From Callorhinchus milii (taxonomy: Eukaryota): 64,000 nt of DNA. The position numbers were made by a program, and so were the translations under genes. Location of the stretch: contig NW_024704743.1 of the NCBI RefSeq assembly GCF_018977255.1, positions 114,888,001-114,952,000 on the forward strand. The letters are read 5' to 3'. The notes under the pieces are model-generated. The model did no database searches and was not told where the DNA came from. It saw only the letters and a list, made by a program, of their open reading frames with translations. Below are positions 1-60,900 of this stretch, in pieces. Positions within the stretch are counted from its first letter, which is position 1. Each line of letters begins with the position of its first letter.

Positions 1-159
1 CATAAAATTAACATTACAGATACTTCTTTGTAATCTAAATTTGTCAAGGAACTCTTGTTTTTAACTAAAATTGTTTGAATAATGTGTACCTATTATCATT
101 AATAAACTACATCATGTATCTTCACCGCTGGTGTTATTCAAAGTTTACTTTGAACATAG

Positions 160-370
160 TTTCAGCCTAGCTCAGTGACAGCATTCTTGCCTCTGAGTCA
201 GGAAGTTGTGAGTTTGAGCCCTAAGTTGAAACTTAGAACTCAGGCAAGGCAGAACACTCCTGTACAGTGCTAAGGATGTACTGCATTGTTGAATGTGCCA
301 TCCTCCGGTCAAGGCATTAATCTAATGTCCCGTCTGCCTATATAAGTTGAAGATGATTGTGAAGCAGGAG
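160..370 (+). mobile_element. Older DeuSINE copy, 5' part
   Basis: GCTCAGTG...GCCTCTGAGTCAGGAAGTTGTGAGTTTGAGCCC head plus Deu motifs. Confidence 0.62.
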
Positions 371-949
371 AATTAACAGTATTGCTAACTGGCATGCAAC
401 GTATAAAGTAAATACCGATGGTGGAGTTATACATTCAATACATTTGAAGGTTTCATAACCATGTAGGTGAAGCTTAAACTTAGTTACTAAGACACCCCAC
501 TTGAGGGATATAAAAATTACCCCAATTCCTCATATTTTCTATTTTAGCTGCAGCTTTTGAAGTGTTAATGCAGGATTCTAAAGTTTGTATTCATCCAAGG
601 TCTCTGAGGGACCAGCAGATTGTGTTCATTAGGAGGCTGATGTCTCTGAATGTAAATTCGTAATTGTAGCTGAATAATGTGTATCTCATCTGGACATATT
701 TTGAAATTTATTCATGACCAAACTTGTAATTAAAAAATGGGAGGAAAAAAGTTAATAATTAGGATCGTAATCAACATAGCCAGAAGGAAAGAATGAATTA
801 TTATTATTATGCCATATCATATACCACATGGGTGCACAATGGTTATAAACCAATTTTTTTTTGCTATCTAGTTTATGTAAAAACACTCTAATTCTGCTTT
901 TTTCAAAAGTGGTATTAAAACAAAAACTTATGTTAATATATAAATTTGA

Positions 950-48795
<47,846 letters not shown>

Positions 48796-50115
48796 CCTTG
48801 ACTGAGATCTTAGCTAGACCAGTCTGTCCATATGTTTGCTGAAAAGGACAAGGCCTCGTTTGACTATCTCTTCCTGCCTCAATCCCTCCTTGATTTTTCT
48901 GTAAAGGATGGTGCTTAACTCTGTTGGTTTCTAAATGCCTAAAAGATACAGATGAGTGAACTGTAATCAAAGCTTAAACTGCTCTATTCCATTGCATTAA
49001 TTATCTGAAGGATGCAAGGTACAGACATGCGAAGCGTGGAGTCAGCTCTTCACAATTTTGATGTTCACACTTTGAGAATGCAGTGTGGAGAAGTGCACTG
49101 ACTCAGACTTGAAACATGGACAGGAAGCAGTGCCTATTGTACAGGGGAGAAAATATTTAAATGAGTCCTGTGGTTTAAACTTCTGGCATCAGAAGTGTTT
49201 GACAGTGACTAATATATGTGCTCTAAGGGAACTATAATCTTGTAGTATCTTTATCATCTTACAGGCAGGATGAAAGGCATAATTGACATTTCATTTCTAC
49301 AATTACTAGCAAAGATCAGTGAACATTGTCCAGTAACTTTTTTTTGCACAGCTCAATGACCATCTTTCTGTAAAATCTGTTGTACAGACACCAATCTGTA
49401 AAGTACACAACACTATATAGTTCTTCCAGATGTTTCTTTTATTTCATATTTTATGTTGTTGATTTGCTGATGTCGCATAAATGTTATTGTTCATTGTATG
49501 CACTGGGGATTATTTTTCTTTGGCTTTGTGAATTTTTTTAAAAAATTCTCTTGAATGTTGCTCAATGCAGTTGTATTGGAATCGAAGGAGGTGATGGTTA
49601 ATAGAGCAAGGAGGCACTAAGGACATTATCATTGGTGCAATTAACAGAATGGTTACCCTGTCAGAGCTGTTTTTTTCTCTTACCTGCATATTACAGGCAA
49701 GGGCCTGTTTTAAAAAAAATATTGATCCTCTCAACTGGAACTCGAATCACTGCGGGCTGATCTGAAGTGCATCTGCACTGTCATAAAACTGTCTCCATGT
49801 TTGATGTAGGTTCTGCTGTCTATGTATAAAATTTGATGTTAAATTAAATATATTAAATAATGAATCAGTTGGGGCTTGGGATGATGAAATGTACTGAAAC
49901 CTAATTATTAAGAAGCTGTGAATTGAGCTTTAATGATTAAAAGATGAACACGACAGTTTCAAGCATTCCTAGTCACTGTGGATGTAGAAAATAAATATTT
50001 GGAGGAGGTTGAAATGTATATGGTACAGACATGTAAAGTTTTCTATGTAAAAATATGTACAACTTTCTGTACAATATTGGTTATCATCTGGCATATTCTA
50101 ATCAGGTCTTAGGTC

Positions 50116-50121
50116 AATAAA
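50116..50121 (+). terminator. Probable ARFGEF1 polyadenylation signal AATAAA (3' UTR about 1.35 kb)
   Basis: AATAAA preceded by several TGTA motifs and followed by T/GT-rich sequence. Confidence 0.65.
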
Positions 50122-51347
50122 GTTTTTGAACTCTCTTTTACCAGTGCAGTCTCATTTTGATTAACAGTGTTCTTACCTTTGTTTACACACATTGAAACAG
50201 ATTGTGTTCAATTACCAGCTGAAGGACTTGCGACTTGCTGATGGTTGTTTGTATGGAAAGTCAGTGCAACTTTCCAGTGAGGCAGGCTGTCAGTTTCACT
50301 TCATTATGAGAGGCAGAGCCTTCTGTCGCTATGCCTCTGTCCACTGGGATTCTCTTCCTCAACCACTTTATCTTGCTACCTTTCATCCTGTCACCAATGT
50401 ACTTCTGAAAACATACTTTCTTTGCCTTTGGTCAACATTCTTGTGTTTCATTTCCTTAATCTATGTGTGCCCTAACTTGTGTTAGTGCTGTGAGACTTTA
50501 TTTGAAAGGTACTATATAAATCCAAGTTGTGATGTAAGATCCTTTGCAGAATAGAGAAAGTAAATACATATTTTAGCTATAAAACAAGAATGTACAGTTG
50601 CAGGTTTATGAAAGGTAATTCTAGGATATAATCTCACATTATAATCAAAAGGTGGAGTGGATTACTATGGAGGGTTGATTGAAAAGAGGATAAGAGACAG
50701 TTAGATGATGTAATGGGCATTTGATAAGTTTGGAATTTTGAAAGGATGAGCTCAAATCTTCTGAATTGTTCTTGTCCTTTAAACAGAATACATGCTTTTA
50801 GTGTTTTACATTTGCCCATTGAGATGTTTAGAAAGCTACTCACTCCACCAGCAATGAGATAGTAGTTGAGCCTGGTTATTTTTGATTGAGGTGTTTAATG
50901 ACGGGTACTAAATGGAACCTTTTGTTGCTCTGAATTCCAGTATGCAACAACGTGTATTACTGCAAGTTGTGTAAAATCCTGAGATGTGCTTATGATGTCA
51001 AATGCACTATATTAAATAGGATTTATCTTATTTTTTGAAGGGAGTGGGGAGCAAGCAGCAGACCAGGGCCAAAAGAACAAATGGTGGCTGAAAAAGATAG
51101 CATAGGATGGAATAGAGCAGTGACAAGATTGGAAACTCGAGCCAAGGTTCTTAAATTCAATCCACTGGGGTCAAGAAGTCAATGTTCCTTGGTATCCAAA
51201 GACTTGTAAGAGATAATTCAATTGATTTGACAATAGAACAACACTAACCCAGCTACAATCAGCAACTCAACAAAATGTGATATCTCATCAGTTTAGGCCC
51301 ATTGTTAAATTAATCTCAAAGTACATGCAATATTCTTAAAAATAAAA

Positions 51348-51353
51348 TTTATT
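51348..51353 (-). terminator. Candidate CSPP1 polyadenylation signal (AATAAA on - strand); a second candidate lies at 51611-51616
   Basis: TTTATT on the + strand about 400 nt past the CSPP1 stop. Confidence 0.45.
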
Positions 51354-51745
51354 TACATATTGCACACATCTAGGTTACAACAAATACAATCATTGATAAT
51401 ATAAGTTAAGAAACAATGCAGGTTTGGAAAATAAATTCAATTATTAGCACCAGTTAGTGCCAGATCCAGTTAACAAACTGAAAAATAGTTTTCTGTTCCA
51501 GTGTAATCCAGATGCTAATATTCCTGGAAATAATTTACTGTTAAGCACATATACTTTGTTGATTACCACTCTTAATCACAGATGAAAGATTTTTGCCCTT
51601 TTGTAATGTGTTTATTCAAGGCCACATGCTGGTGAAGAGAATATGGACCCCAAATTTAAATACATATATAAAGAAAGTGCATAGAGATGTATCCACTAAC
51701 AAAAGTATTCCCTACTGAGTCGCTTCTTGTCTCTGGCAGATAATT

Positions 51746-51969
51746 TCATCCATGTGCAGTGGAATGACCGTGCCAGTTGAAGGCAGATGTGTTAACTGAA
51801 GGTGGGCGGACATTTTGGGTATGTTCGTCCATAAACTTCCTTAAAGTTTCAGATGTTCCTGGTCGGAGCCATGGGTCAGTAGCCACTGTATCAATTGAGG
51901 TCGGCCTTTCTTTGTTTTGTGATAAGAACTGCTTCAGAATGTCGTCAGCATCTTCCAGTGTAACAATAT
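51746..51969 (-). CDS. CSPP1: CSPP1 last coding exon (...[20 protein letters not shown]...HSTAHG*)
   Basis: aaag|AT...TGA. Confidence 0.88.
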
Positions 51970-54900
51970 CTTTAAAGAATGTTTAAAGAAACTGAACTGT
52001 CAAATCATTCCACACTGACATTTCCAAGAATGTAATTTATAAAGAGCACCGGGGAAAGGAATTCAGAAATGCATACCATTGACTTTTTCTGAACCTCTTT
52101 CACTTTGCAACACTGTCAAATAATAATATTGACTTAATGAAATACTTTTTGTTTTTTTTTGAAAGAATGTGTAGCTTACCTGGCTGCTGCAAATTATCCA
52201 GATTCTTTATACGTTGCTCATTCCTGGCTCTTACTTGATCCAAATGCATAGTGGAGCCAGAGTGCAGAGAGGTGCTGTCTGCTCGATGAGTAGGGTGCAT
52301 GGCAATTGGACTATCCTGTAATTGAAAACAACAAACAGAAATTGAGTCAATTTTAACCATCATTTACATTGGGCAACGTTGCAGAACTCTTCAGAAAACA
52401 ATTTAAAAAATGCACATTAAACAAAAGAACCCACAATTACCAGCGGTTATTTTGGTTATAAGATATATTATTGCCCCTACTCTCTGCTTTTAGTTGTTCT
52501 AGGCTAAGACAACAGTACACTGCACTTTAACAACTCTAAGGTAGAGAAGAGGCCAGTTATGGCCTCTCCTGTTTGCAATCCACTGGATTTGGCTGAGTAC
52601 CCCCTCCCCCCAGTTCACACATGAAAATGGCCACTTGCACAAGGTCCTGCAGGATACCCATAAAACAGTGTCTCAGTCAGTGAGATTAGCATGTATTATT
52701 CACGTGGAATAAAGGGAGAGAGAGAGAGAACATGTATATGCATTTCACTTTTCAGCTGTGCCAAACAATAAACATTAAATTTTTAGAAACTTTGGTAAGA
52801 ACAACAATGTGAAATGGACATAGCCTTACATTTTCTTTATGAAAAAGGGAGCAAAATAACACATACAATAGCAAGGAACATCCAATAAAGTACGTACAGA
52901 GTTGAAATCTAGCCTCTCTTTATTGCGGCGTCTTCGGTCTCGTGCACGAGTTTCAGGCCATGTTGGCTCAGTGTATGCCTGAAGAGGGAAGGTTTCTCCA
53001 TGGCTTCCTGGTTAATAGAGGTTAAATCTGATTAAAAAAAAGCTGAAAAAATACACTCTTTCAGAGAGTAATAAAGAATACAGAGCGCTTACCTAAAAAG
53101 GCGCTATCTGATTCAAGCAATGAGTTTTTCAACCAGTCTTCACTTGGTTCCCTCATTGGCTCCCTTGTCTGTAGAGTGATAGAAAGATGCAAATAAAGCA
53201 ATCATTATAAAATATATAACCAACATAATATTACGGGTACAAGTAGAATAGGTAGATAGAAAAACAGAAATTCACAAGTTTATTACATCTAGGCAGATGA
53301 TTTAATCCCTGCCCTTTTGCCATATTCACTAATACCTTTACTATCCACGTATCTGTCTCTGTTAAACATCCCATGATAATACACTGCCTCAATACCTTTC
53401 TCGGGCAGAGCTTCCCACATCATCACAACCCTCTGGGTGCAGAAATGCTTCCTGACCTCAGTTCTAACAAGTTTGATTCTGATTTTAAGACTCTGCTTCC
53501 TTGATAACTGACTTTGTATCTATTTTTCTATTTAAAATCCTTTAAGAATGGAAAGATCCAAAAAATAAGAAAGGATTTAGAAAAGTTTCAAAATAACTCA
53601 GGATTTTAAAAATTGTACTCAATACGTGTGGTTTGTACTTTTGAAATGGTGATATTAAAATATCATCTTGGAAGTTTAAGTACAGAATTATGAGCAACAT
53701 TGTACTTACCAGCCCCATATTGTGTAGATTTGCAGCAGGTACAAAGCTCTCAGCTGCAAAGGGCAAGATCAGAAAAATGTCTAAACATAAAGATGGGTAA
53801 TAGACTATATTCTCATTGATAAATAAGTATCATTAATTGAAATAGGAATAATGCCATTGCTTATGTCTCTTGGCCAGAACAGCAATAGAGTGACCAGAAC
53901 ATAAGTCTAACTTAGGAAACAAAGTGAAACTACTACAAGAACTGTATGGTAGAAGTTACTAGATTTTACAGAAGAGAAATGTTACCAATGGTCTGTCTGC
54001 TTAAATGACTGCTATTGAAACAAGAAAAAGTACAAAAAGTAATTTCTCAATAGAATCTTATGTTCACAGTTGAGGATTGCTACACTAAATGGCATACAAC
54101 AGTGTGAATTTCTTAGTAAAGCTTCTCTGAGATTCACATTGTATTTACCACTAGAAATTCACAGGAAATTGTTTTCATGGACATGCAATTTAATGGCAAT
54201 AATATTGTGCAGTTGACAAAGTAGATCAACTGATCAAAATTCAATTCTAACTAATAATAGATGTGTCAAACCATAAAAGGAACACAATCACAATTAGAAA
54301 AATTATTTAGAAAGCAGACCTGTTATGAAATAATTCAGGCCTCCTGGGGGTAGTCATACTCATTCATTAAAAGTTTTAATATAATTCTAACCTGTTTCTT
54401 TCCTCCTCATCCTGTCCAGATTCTTTCGTTGCTCTCTCAGTAGTGCCTCCTGTTGAATCTCCAGGGTATTATTATCATTCGGAGGGTCTGGGTACCTTTG
54501 TCTTACTTCAGCACGTGTTGCTGAATCTGTTCAAAGTGGAAGAACAGTTCCATAAAGAATTTAAGCAATCAAATTTTTTTTAAAAAAGTTATGTGCAAAT
54601 CAAACACCATTGTCCTTATCTGAAAAAAAGTTTTTTGGCAGAGCATTGAATGATAATAGACATTTCTTGATAGAATCCTGGACCATTACTGTCACAAGCA
54701 ATAGTCAAACCACTTTGTCTCTCCCACTGTTGAAAGGTCAATTCAAAGATACGTCATCACTTGTTTTCATTGTAACTAAAGTAATGTGAATGCAAAAGGA
54801 AGGAGTAAGGCAATGTCAAAATATTGCTCTTTAACTTTTGGAATATTGGTTAGAATCTAGGGGATAGAAACCTTCTCTAGAGCACTTAACAAAAGTCCAA

Positions 54901-57900
54901 ACAATTAACCTACAGTAACAAACACAAGCTAAACTGCCCCCAGGAATGTTACTCAGTCAGAGGCCGAGTATAGGTCAGTTGGAAATAGAAATTCAACTTA
55001 GTTAGGAACTCCATTGTAGCTGAGGTTAAAGCAAATTCATGTAGAACAATCAGTAGAACTGTTCAACCAGTTTAACTAACTGTTCAGTTCTTTATCAAGC
55101 AATAAAGTGAATGTAGCAAATTAACTGTTTGCTTTACTCTGAGCTCATGCTGGCTGGGAGAAACGAATACATCCTCATTGCTTTCTTGGTTATTCAATGC
55201 ACTATGTATTTTATTTTTGCATATTCATTTCCGTCCTGTAATTTCAGTAACCTGGAACAATTAACATTTCTGTATTCAGAGAATGGATGAGAATTACATC
55301 TGAACTTGCCTCTGTATTTCAGGTCATTAAAATCTCTGATGTTTTGCAAATTCAAAGAATCTTTGGATGAAGGCCGTCGCACTGGGGCCTGTATCCGCTG
55401 CCTGGCTAAATCAAAGATATCGGGATATTTCTCTCGCCTCCTGTTGAAACGTGTTACAAAGTATAGGCTGTTAGTCATGAAAACATACAAGATTAGCTGT
55501 GTACTTAAGCCTAATAATGCAAATCAGATGCAATTCTTATTGCTACAAATTACTTGGAAAAATTCATAGCCACACTATTTAGCTGTTGAACAGTACAATG
55601 TTATACCAAACGTACATGACATTACTTTACAAGGGTTTGAACAGTTCCAAACCCGTTGTTCACTTATTCACCTGGAACATTACTGGCTTTGGTGTTTTAT
55701 TTATTATCGTGTTAGCCACATTTTTGCACTGTTTTACGAGATTGACGGACAGTTCCTCAAACAAACTAAATACAAGGACGGTCAAAGACACAGAGTGACA
55801 ACGAGTTTCATCTACGAAACATTCTCATTGACTGCCTTTCTCTTGTTTTACCAAAAATATTAAATTGACTTTTTACTTGGACACAGAAAATAAATCTTCT
55901 TCCTTGTCAACATTTTGAAGTTGTCCCTCAAGACGTCGTTCCTCACTTCGTAGCTGCCTTCTCAGTGTGGATAGTTCGCTGATTATGTCTTTCTTGTCCT
56001 CTGTCGAAACACAAACAATCTCAATTATAATTTAATTATTAATTCGGATTTTACTCTATTTTGGATTAGAAAACAGTGATAGATATCAGGTCATTCTGTA
56101 AAATACATGTGAATATTAACCAAAAATCTTGACCAACAGCAGTTATTTGATCAATATAGTACCACACCTTGTCAACCATCTGACATTCTACGCTACTATA
56201 AACCAAGTTTTAAAATAACCATTACGTAACATTCCCTTTTTTGCTCATTTTCAATATTTTCTGTTGGGAACAGAAGATATCTTCTGTTCTTCTATATTAG
56301 TTAGTGTGTTTTCTCTACACGGACAACTATCTTATTCTTAAGCTGGGCATTCACTAGGAGTAAGAACAATTAAAAGATTTTTAAAGAAGCATGAAATCTA
56401 AGCACAGATTTGCCAACATTACAGCTGATGTACTTGCGAGAGCACCTGGTTATCCAGAATGAGGAGGTAGGGAACTCAACTGTATATTAGCCTCAATGCT
56501 TTTTTAAATTATATTCATAAAAACATAAAGGCATTCAACCCACTAGTATTCATCTCTTCCAGCCCATTAATTCTCCCACATTAACAATGAATTGTAATCT
56601 TGATTATATCACAATAAGTGCTCTCCCAAGTAATTTATGAACAATGTGAATAGGGATCAAGAATAGAATTGTGCAGGATTGTGTTCACCATGGTGCTTTT
56701 CTGTTATCCATTCATCACCACCTAAGCTTTCTTTTTCAAAGGCAGTATTCAATCCAAATATTAACCTTTAAAAGTCTCAAAATTGAATTTATTCAATGCC
56801 TTCTGCAAATCCAAGTAAATCATATCTACTGGATAATTCTCATCTCCTTTTCCCATTCATTCCTTAAAATAATTTCAGTAGTTTAATAAGGCTAACTGGT
56901 CTATCACTTTCAAGCTCAGTCTCATCTTTTTTATACTGTGGAATCTCGTTTACCAGCCTCTAGGTCTCAGGAATAACTGGTGCTTTTGAAGTCTCAACTG
57001 CAGTAACCCTGAATACTCAAACGCATTACAGCTATTCTAACTAGGAAGGGGAAAACGGAAGGAAGATAAAACGTGACTCTGCTGACTGACCAGTCGGTCA
57101 GTATCCTAGTAGCCAGCTTTCAGCTTTATAGGCTATATCAATAAATCTTTGGAGGCTGCCCTGTGCTCCTCAGCACTGTTCAATAATGTTCAAAAATCTA
57201 GCATTGGTTCGCTAATGAGGGATTTCCTCATAACTAATGCTGGGAAACAATGAGATCCACTAATTCTACAGGGTATTTTGGCTCATTCTACTGGAGGGAG
57301 GAGGAAAGAGAAGCATGTGGAGAAGCGTAAACATTATGATCAGTGTGTCTTGCACATTTCTTCTTGTCACAAAACAATGACAGAATTGACATGAAATCAT
57401 ACAGATACCAACTGCACCATCACTCATCAAGAAAGGTTTCTTTTACAACTATAGTAAAAAAAAAGTTTATAGCTAAAAATTCTCTTAAAGCAATTAAAAC
57501 AACAGATGTCTGACACGTTTCTTTTAGCATGGGAACCAGGTGGCAAGCGGAGCCAGCTGGCCATGTCCTTGCTTGGTGCTTTTCGCCTACAAAACATACC
57601 GTCAATTCACTTTGCAGTATATTCTGTGAAGACCTTTGAGACGTCCAGAAGATGTGATAAGGCGCTATATCAAGTGCAAGGATTATTACTTATACCACTA
57701 TACTGTAGTTTACCCCAGTTAGATTCCTAAATAATTAAGCTAGAGTACCACAACACAAATCATAAAGGAAACATTTGCTTCAATATTCTTTACCATACGC
57801 TCGAAGCTGGTTTCGTCTAGCAGGGACTGGTGGTGAATGAGGGATTGTTTGTGGACGATCCTGTGAAGCAAAAATAACCATTAAAGCCATAGAAAAAATG

Positions 57901-60900
57901 TAAACTGTTCAACGTTCAACACCAAAGTAATCATTTCATTTACTACCAGTTCTCATGTAAAACAGTTTAACTCAGAGCCAAAATTCACTTAATCACCATT
58001 AAAGGCAAAAGGTTTTTTCCTTATATAGGAAACTGATTGATTGCAGTTGAATCTCACCTTTTGAGCACCTCAGCAATGAATGCAATTCACTATTCACCTA
58101 AAAATACATTACACTTTATAGTAAATCCCGCAAAGTGCTTGGAGATGATACAATCATGTGATAAGATGCAAATACAAGGATTATTACTATTATTGAGGAT
58201 ATTTTTTCAGTCCTTTTTTTAAGTAACTAATAAAGGCATTTCATAAAGGGAATTTAGGCTAGTCCACTGACTAGTTTCAATTGTACTCATTTACATTGAA
58301 GAGCAACGAGGTATCGAAATATCTCACCAATACTGATTCACGACTATCCACAGATGGAGATCGTTGATTTTCCTGTTTCTTTTTCACAGTTGGAATAGGT
58401 GGAGAGGGTCTTCGCTGTGAAACATGCACATTTTCTTTTAATATTTTAATTTATCTGTTTTAGTCTTAGACATCACCTACGACCTCACAAGAAAGGGGTT
58501 CGGCCCAAAAGGTTTATCATTTCAATAATTTCTAGCATTAATATCAAATTCTAAAATCTAACAACAATAACTTGCATTTATATAGTGCCCTTCATGTCAA
58601 AGTCAAATTTTCAAGTCAAAGTAGTAATTGCACATTGTACAGCAGACATTTTAACATTTAAATATATACCTCTTTCTCTATCCATGCTGTTTCTTCCCTC
58701 TCAAGCTGTTGTCGAATAACCTCATCCTGTTTTTTCTCTTCCTCCTTTCGCTTTCGTTCTGCTTCTTGACGACGTTCTTCAGCCAAACGAATAATTTCTT
58801 CATTTTTCACTCTTTGCTGGAACAATGAATGTTACATTTGAAATGATTATTTACTACATAAATGCTATCTGTGCCGCCCATTAACATCCCATAAAAAGAG
58901 ATTAACAGATAAAAGAATTTATCTAAAAGAAGATCAGTTCCAAAACGGTATAGCAAAAAGGCAGGTAAATAGGTCCAAATCCCCTAGTGTCTAGTGCCTA
59001 GGGACGTTCTCCCGATGTGAAAGGCACTATACAAATGTAATTTTATTGTTGCTGTTGAATGGATTGCTCAGCACAAACAAGTTAAGCTGAATGGTCCCTT
59101 TCTGTAGATTTATATAGTTCTATGACTCTAATGACATTGGTCAGATTCAGGTGATTTATACACAAAGTGCAAGTACAACATGTTAATATTGATTACAGAT
59201 TAAACATTACTGACTAGGCTACCACCTCATTAAAAACTATCTTTTCAAAATTCCTGGACAGTCCAGTCGATTATCAATTGATCTGCACCCATTGTCTTTT
59301 AATTGTCACGAGCTCCAGCTGACTCACCTTTACATTTTCCTTCTCAACCAGTTTGCTGTTTTTTCCACAGTGATAATGTCACCAACAGGATAGTTAAAGA
59401 GTTCTATTTACATTTCCCACAAAATTGTTGCAGTCTGAATGAGCAAAGCAAATTTTAGCATTTTTGTGCTATAAACAGTGTAACACCCAGTTAGTTCCCT
59501 TCTTGGGTTAATTGTGCAAACAATTATTTACACACAAGCTGAAGGGTTAAACAAGTCCTGTTTATACTCCAAGCTACCTAATAGCTCTTCTTTTATAAAA
59601 CTTTAACATAAATTCTCAATGTGATTTACTCAATACATTTTTTTTTCCTGTGCATCTGCCTGGCACAGTTGATAGTAGTACACAGAGATTGTGGTTTCAA
59701 GCTGCAAATTGGAAATTTGGGCTCATATTCTAGGCCAACTAGTCTTAAGCAGTGCAATGCTGCAGGAGTGCTGCATGGTCAAAGTGTTGTCCTCCAGATA
59801 AGATGTTAAAACCAAGAAACCGTTTGCCAGATGGATGTTGAAGATCCCATGGCTCTAATGGAAAACGAGAAGGGAATTTCTCCAGGTTTCCTGGCCAACA
59901 ATCCCCCAAATAAAATTGACGATTCCCTTCAAGGCTGTTTGTGGAACACTGCGGTGCACAAATTGGCTCCTGTATTTCACCCAGAAATACACAACAAAAT
60001 TACATTTGTATAGCGCCTTTCAAGTCGGGAGGACATCCGAATAGTCACTACTCTCTACAGTAAAATCTGGTGAAGCTCTTTAAGATTGTCATAATGTGAC
60101 AATGCACTACTGTATATAATAATAATATATCAAAAGCAAGAATGATTATTACTATTATAAACTGCTAATGGCAAGTGCATAAATTCTAAAATAAGTAATA
60201 CAATATTTGAGGAAAATAAATTAGGAGAATGCCCTCGATTTAACAAACCATTGAAACAAAGAAGATTCAGGGACTAGTGAGTCATTTCAAACAAAGTGAT
60301 GAGAAACATTCTCGTGCCAACTAAACAAATGTGCCAGAGTCAAATCATATCCTGATGTAAAAGGAGAACATTACCTCTTCTTCTTTACGTCTTTTCTTTT
60401 CTTGCTCTTCTTCAAGTTCTTTTGCAATACACGCTCTCTGTTCAGCTAGGCGTTTCTCTTCTTGCAGCTCTTCCAGCTTCCTTTTTTCACGCTCTTCTTC
60501 TACTTTACGTCGTTTTTCTTCAATCTAAAATCAACATCAACAACTAGATCAAAGATTTTTTACTTAAAACATATTACTCCTTGGAAATACCATTATCTTT
60601 TAACAACAGGTATCGAGTGATTGAATGGAAATTCCTCAATTGTCAATGTGTTGAAAATGCACTGCAATTATTATTTGCATAATACCAGTCCCAGCAATAC
60701 TGGATTACAATGTTGTCTTTCCAAAAGGAAATGTCTTTAATATATAATGACATGCAGCAGTTATGTACACTAAAAAGGAAAGTGTTTGCACATAGCCAAG
60801 TATATTACCAGATATGTTGAACAAGAAGGAAAAAAAATCTCCATCATGCTAATTGTTTCCAATATGAAACAAACACTCAGCTTTTTTGTGAAAAATTCCA

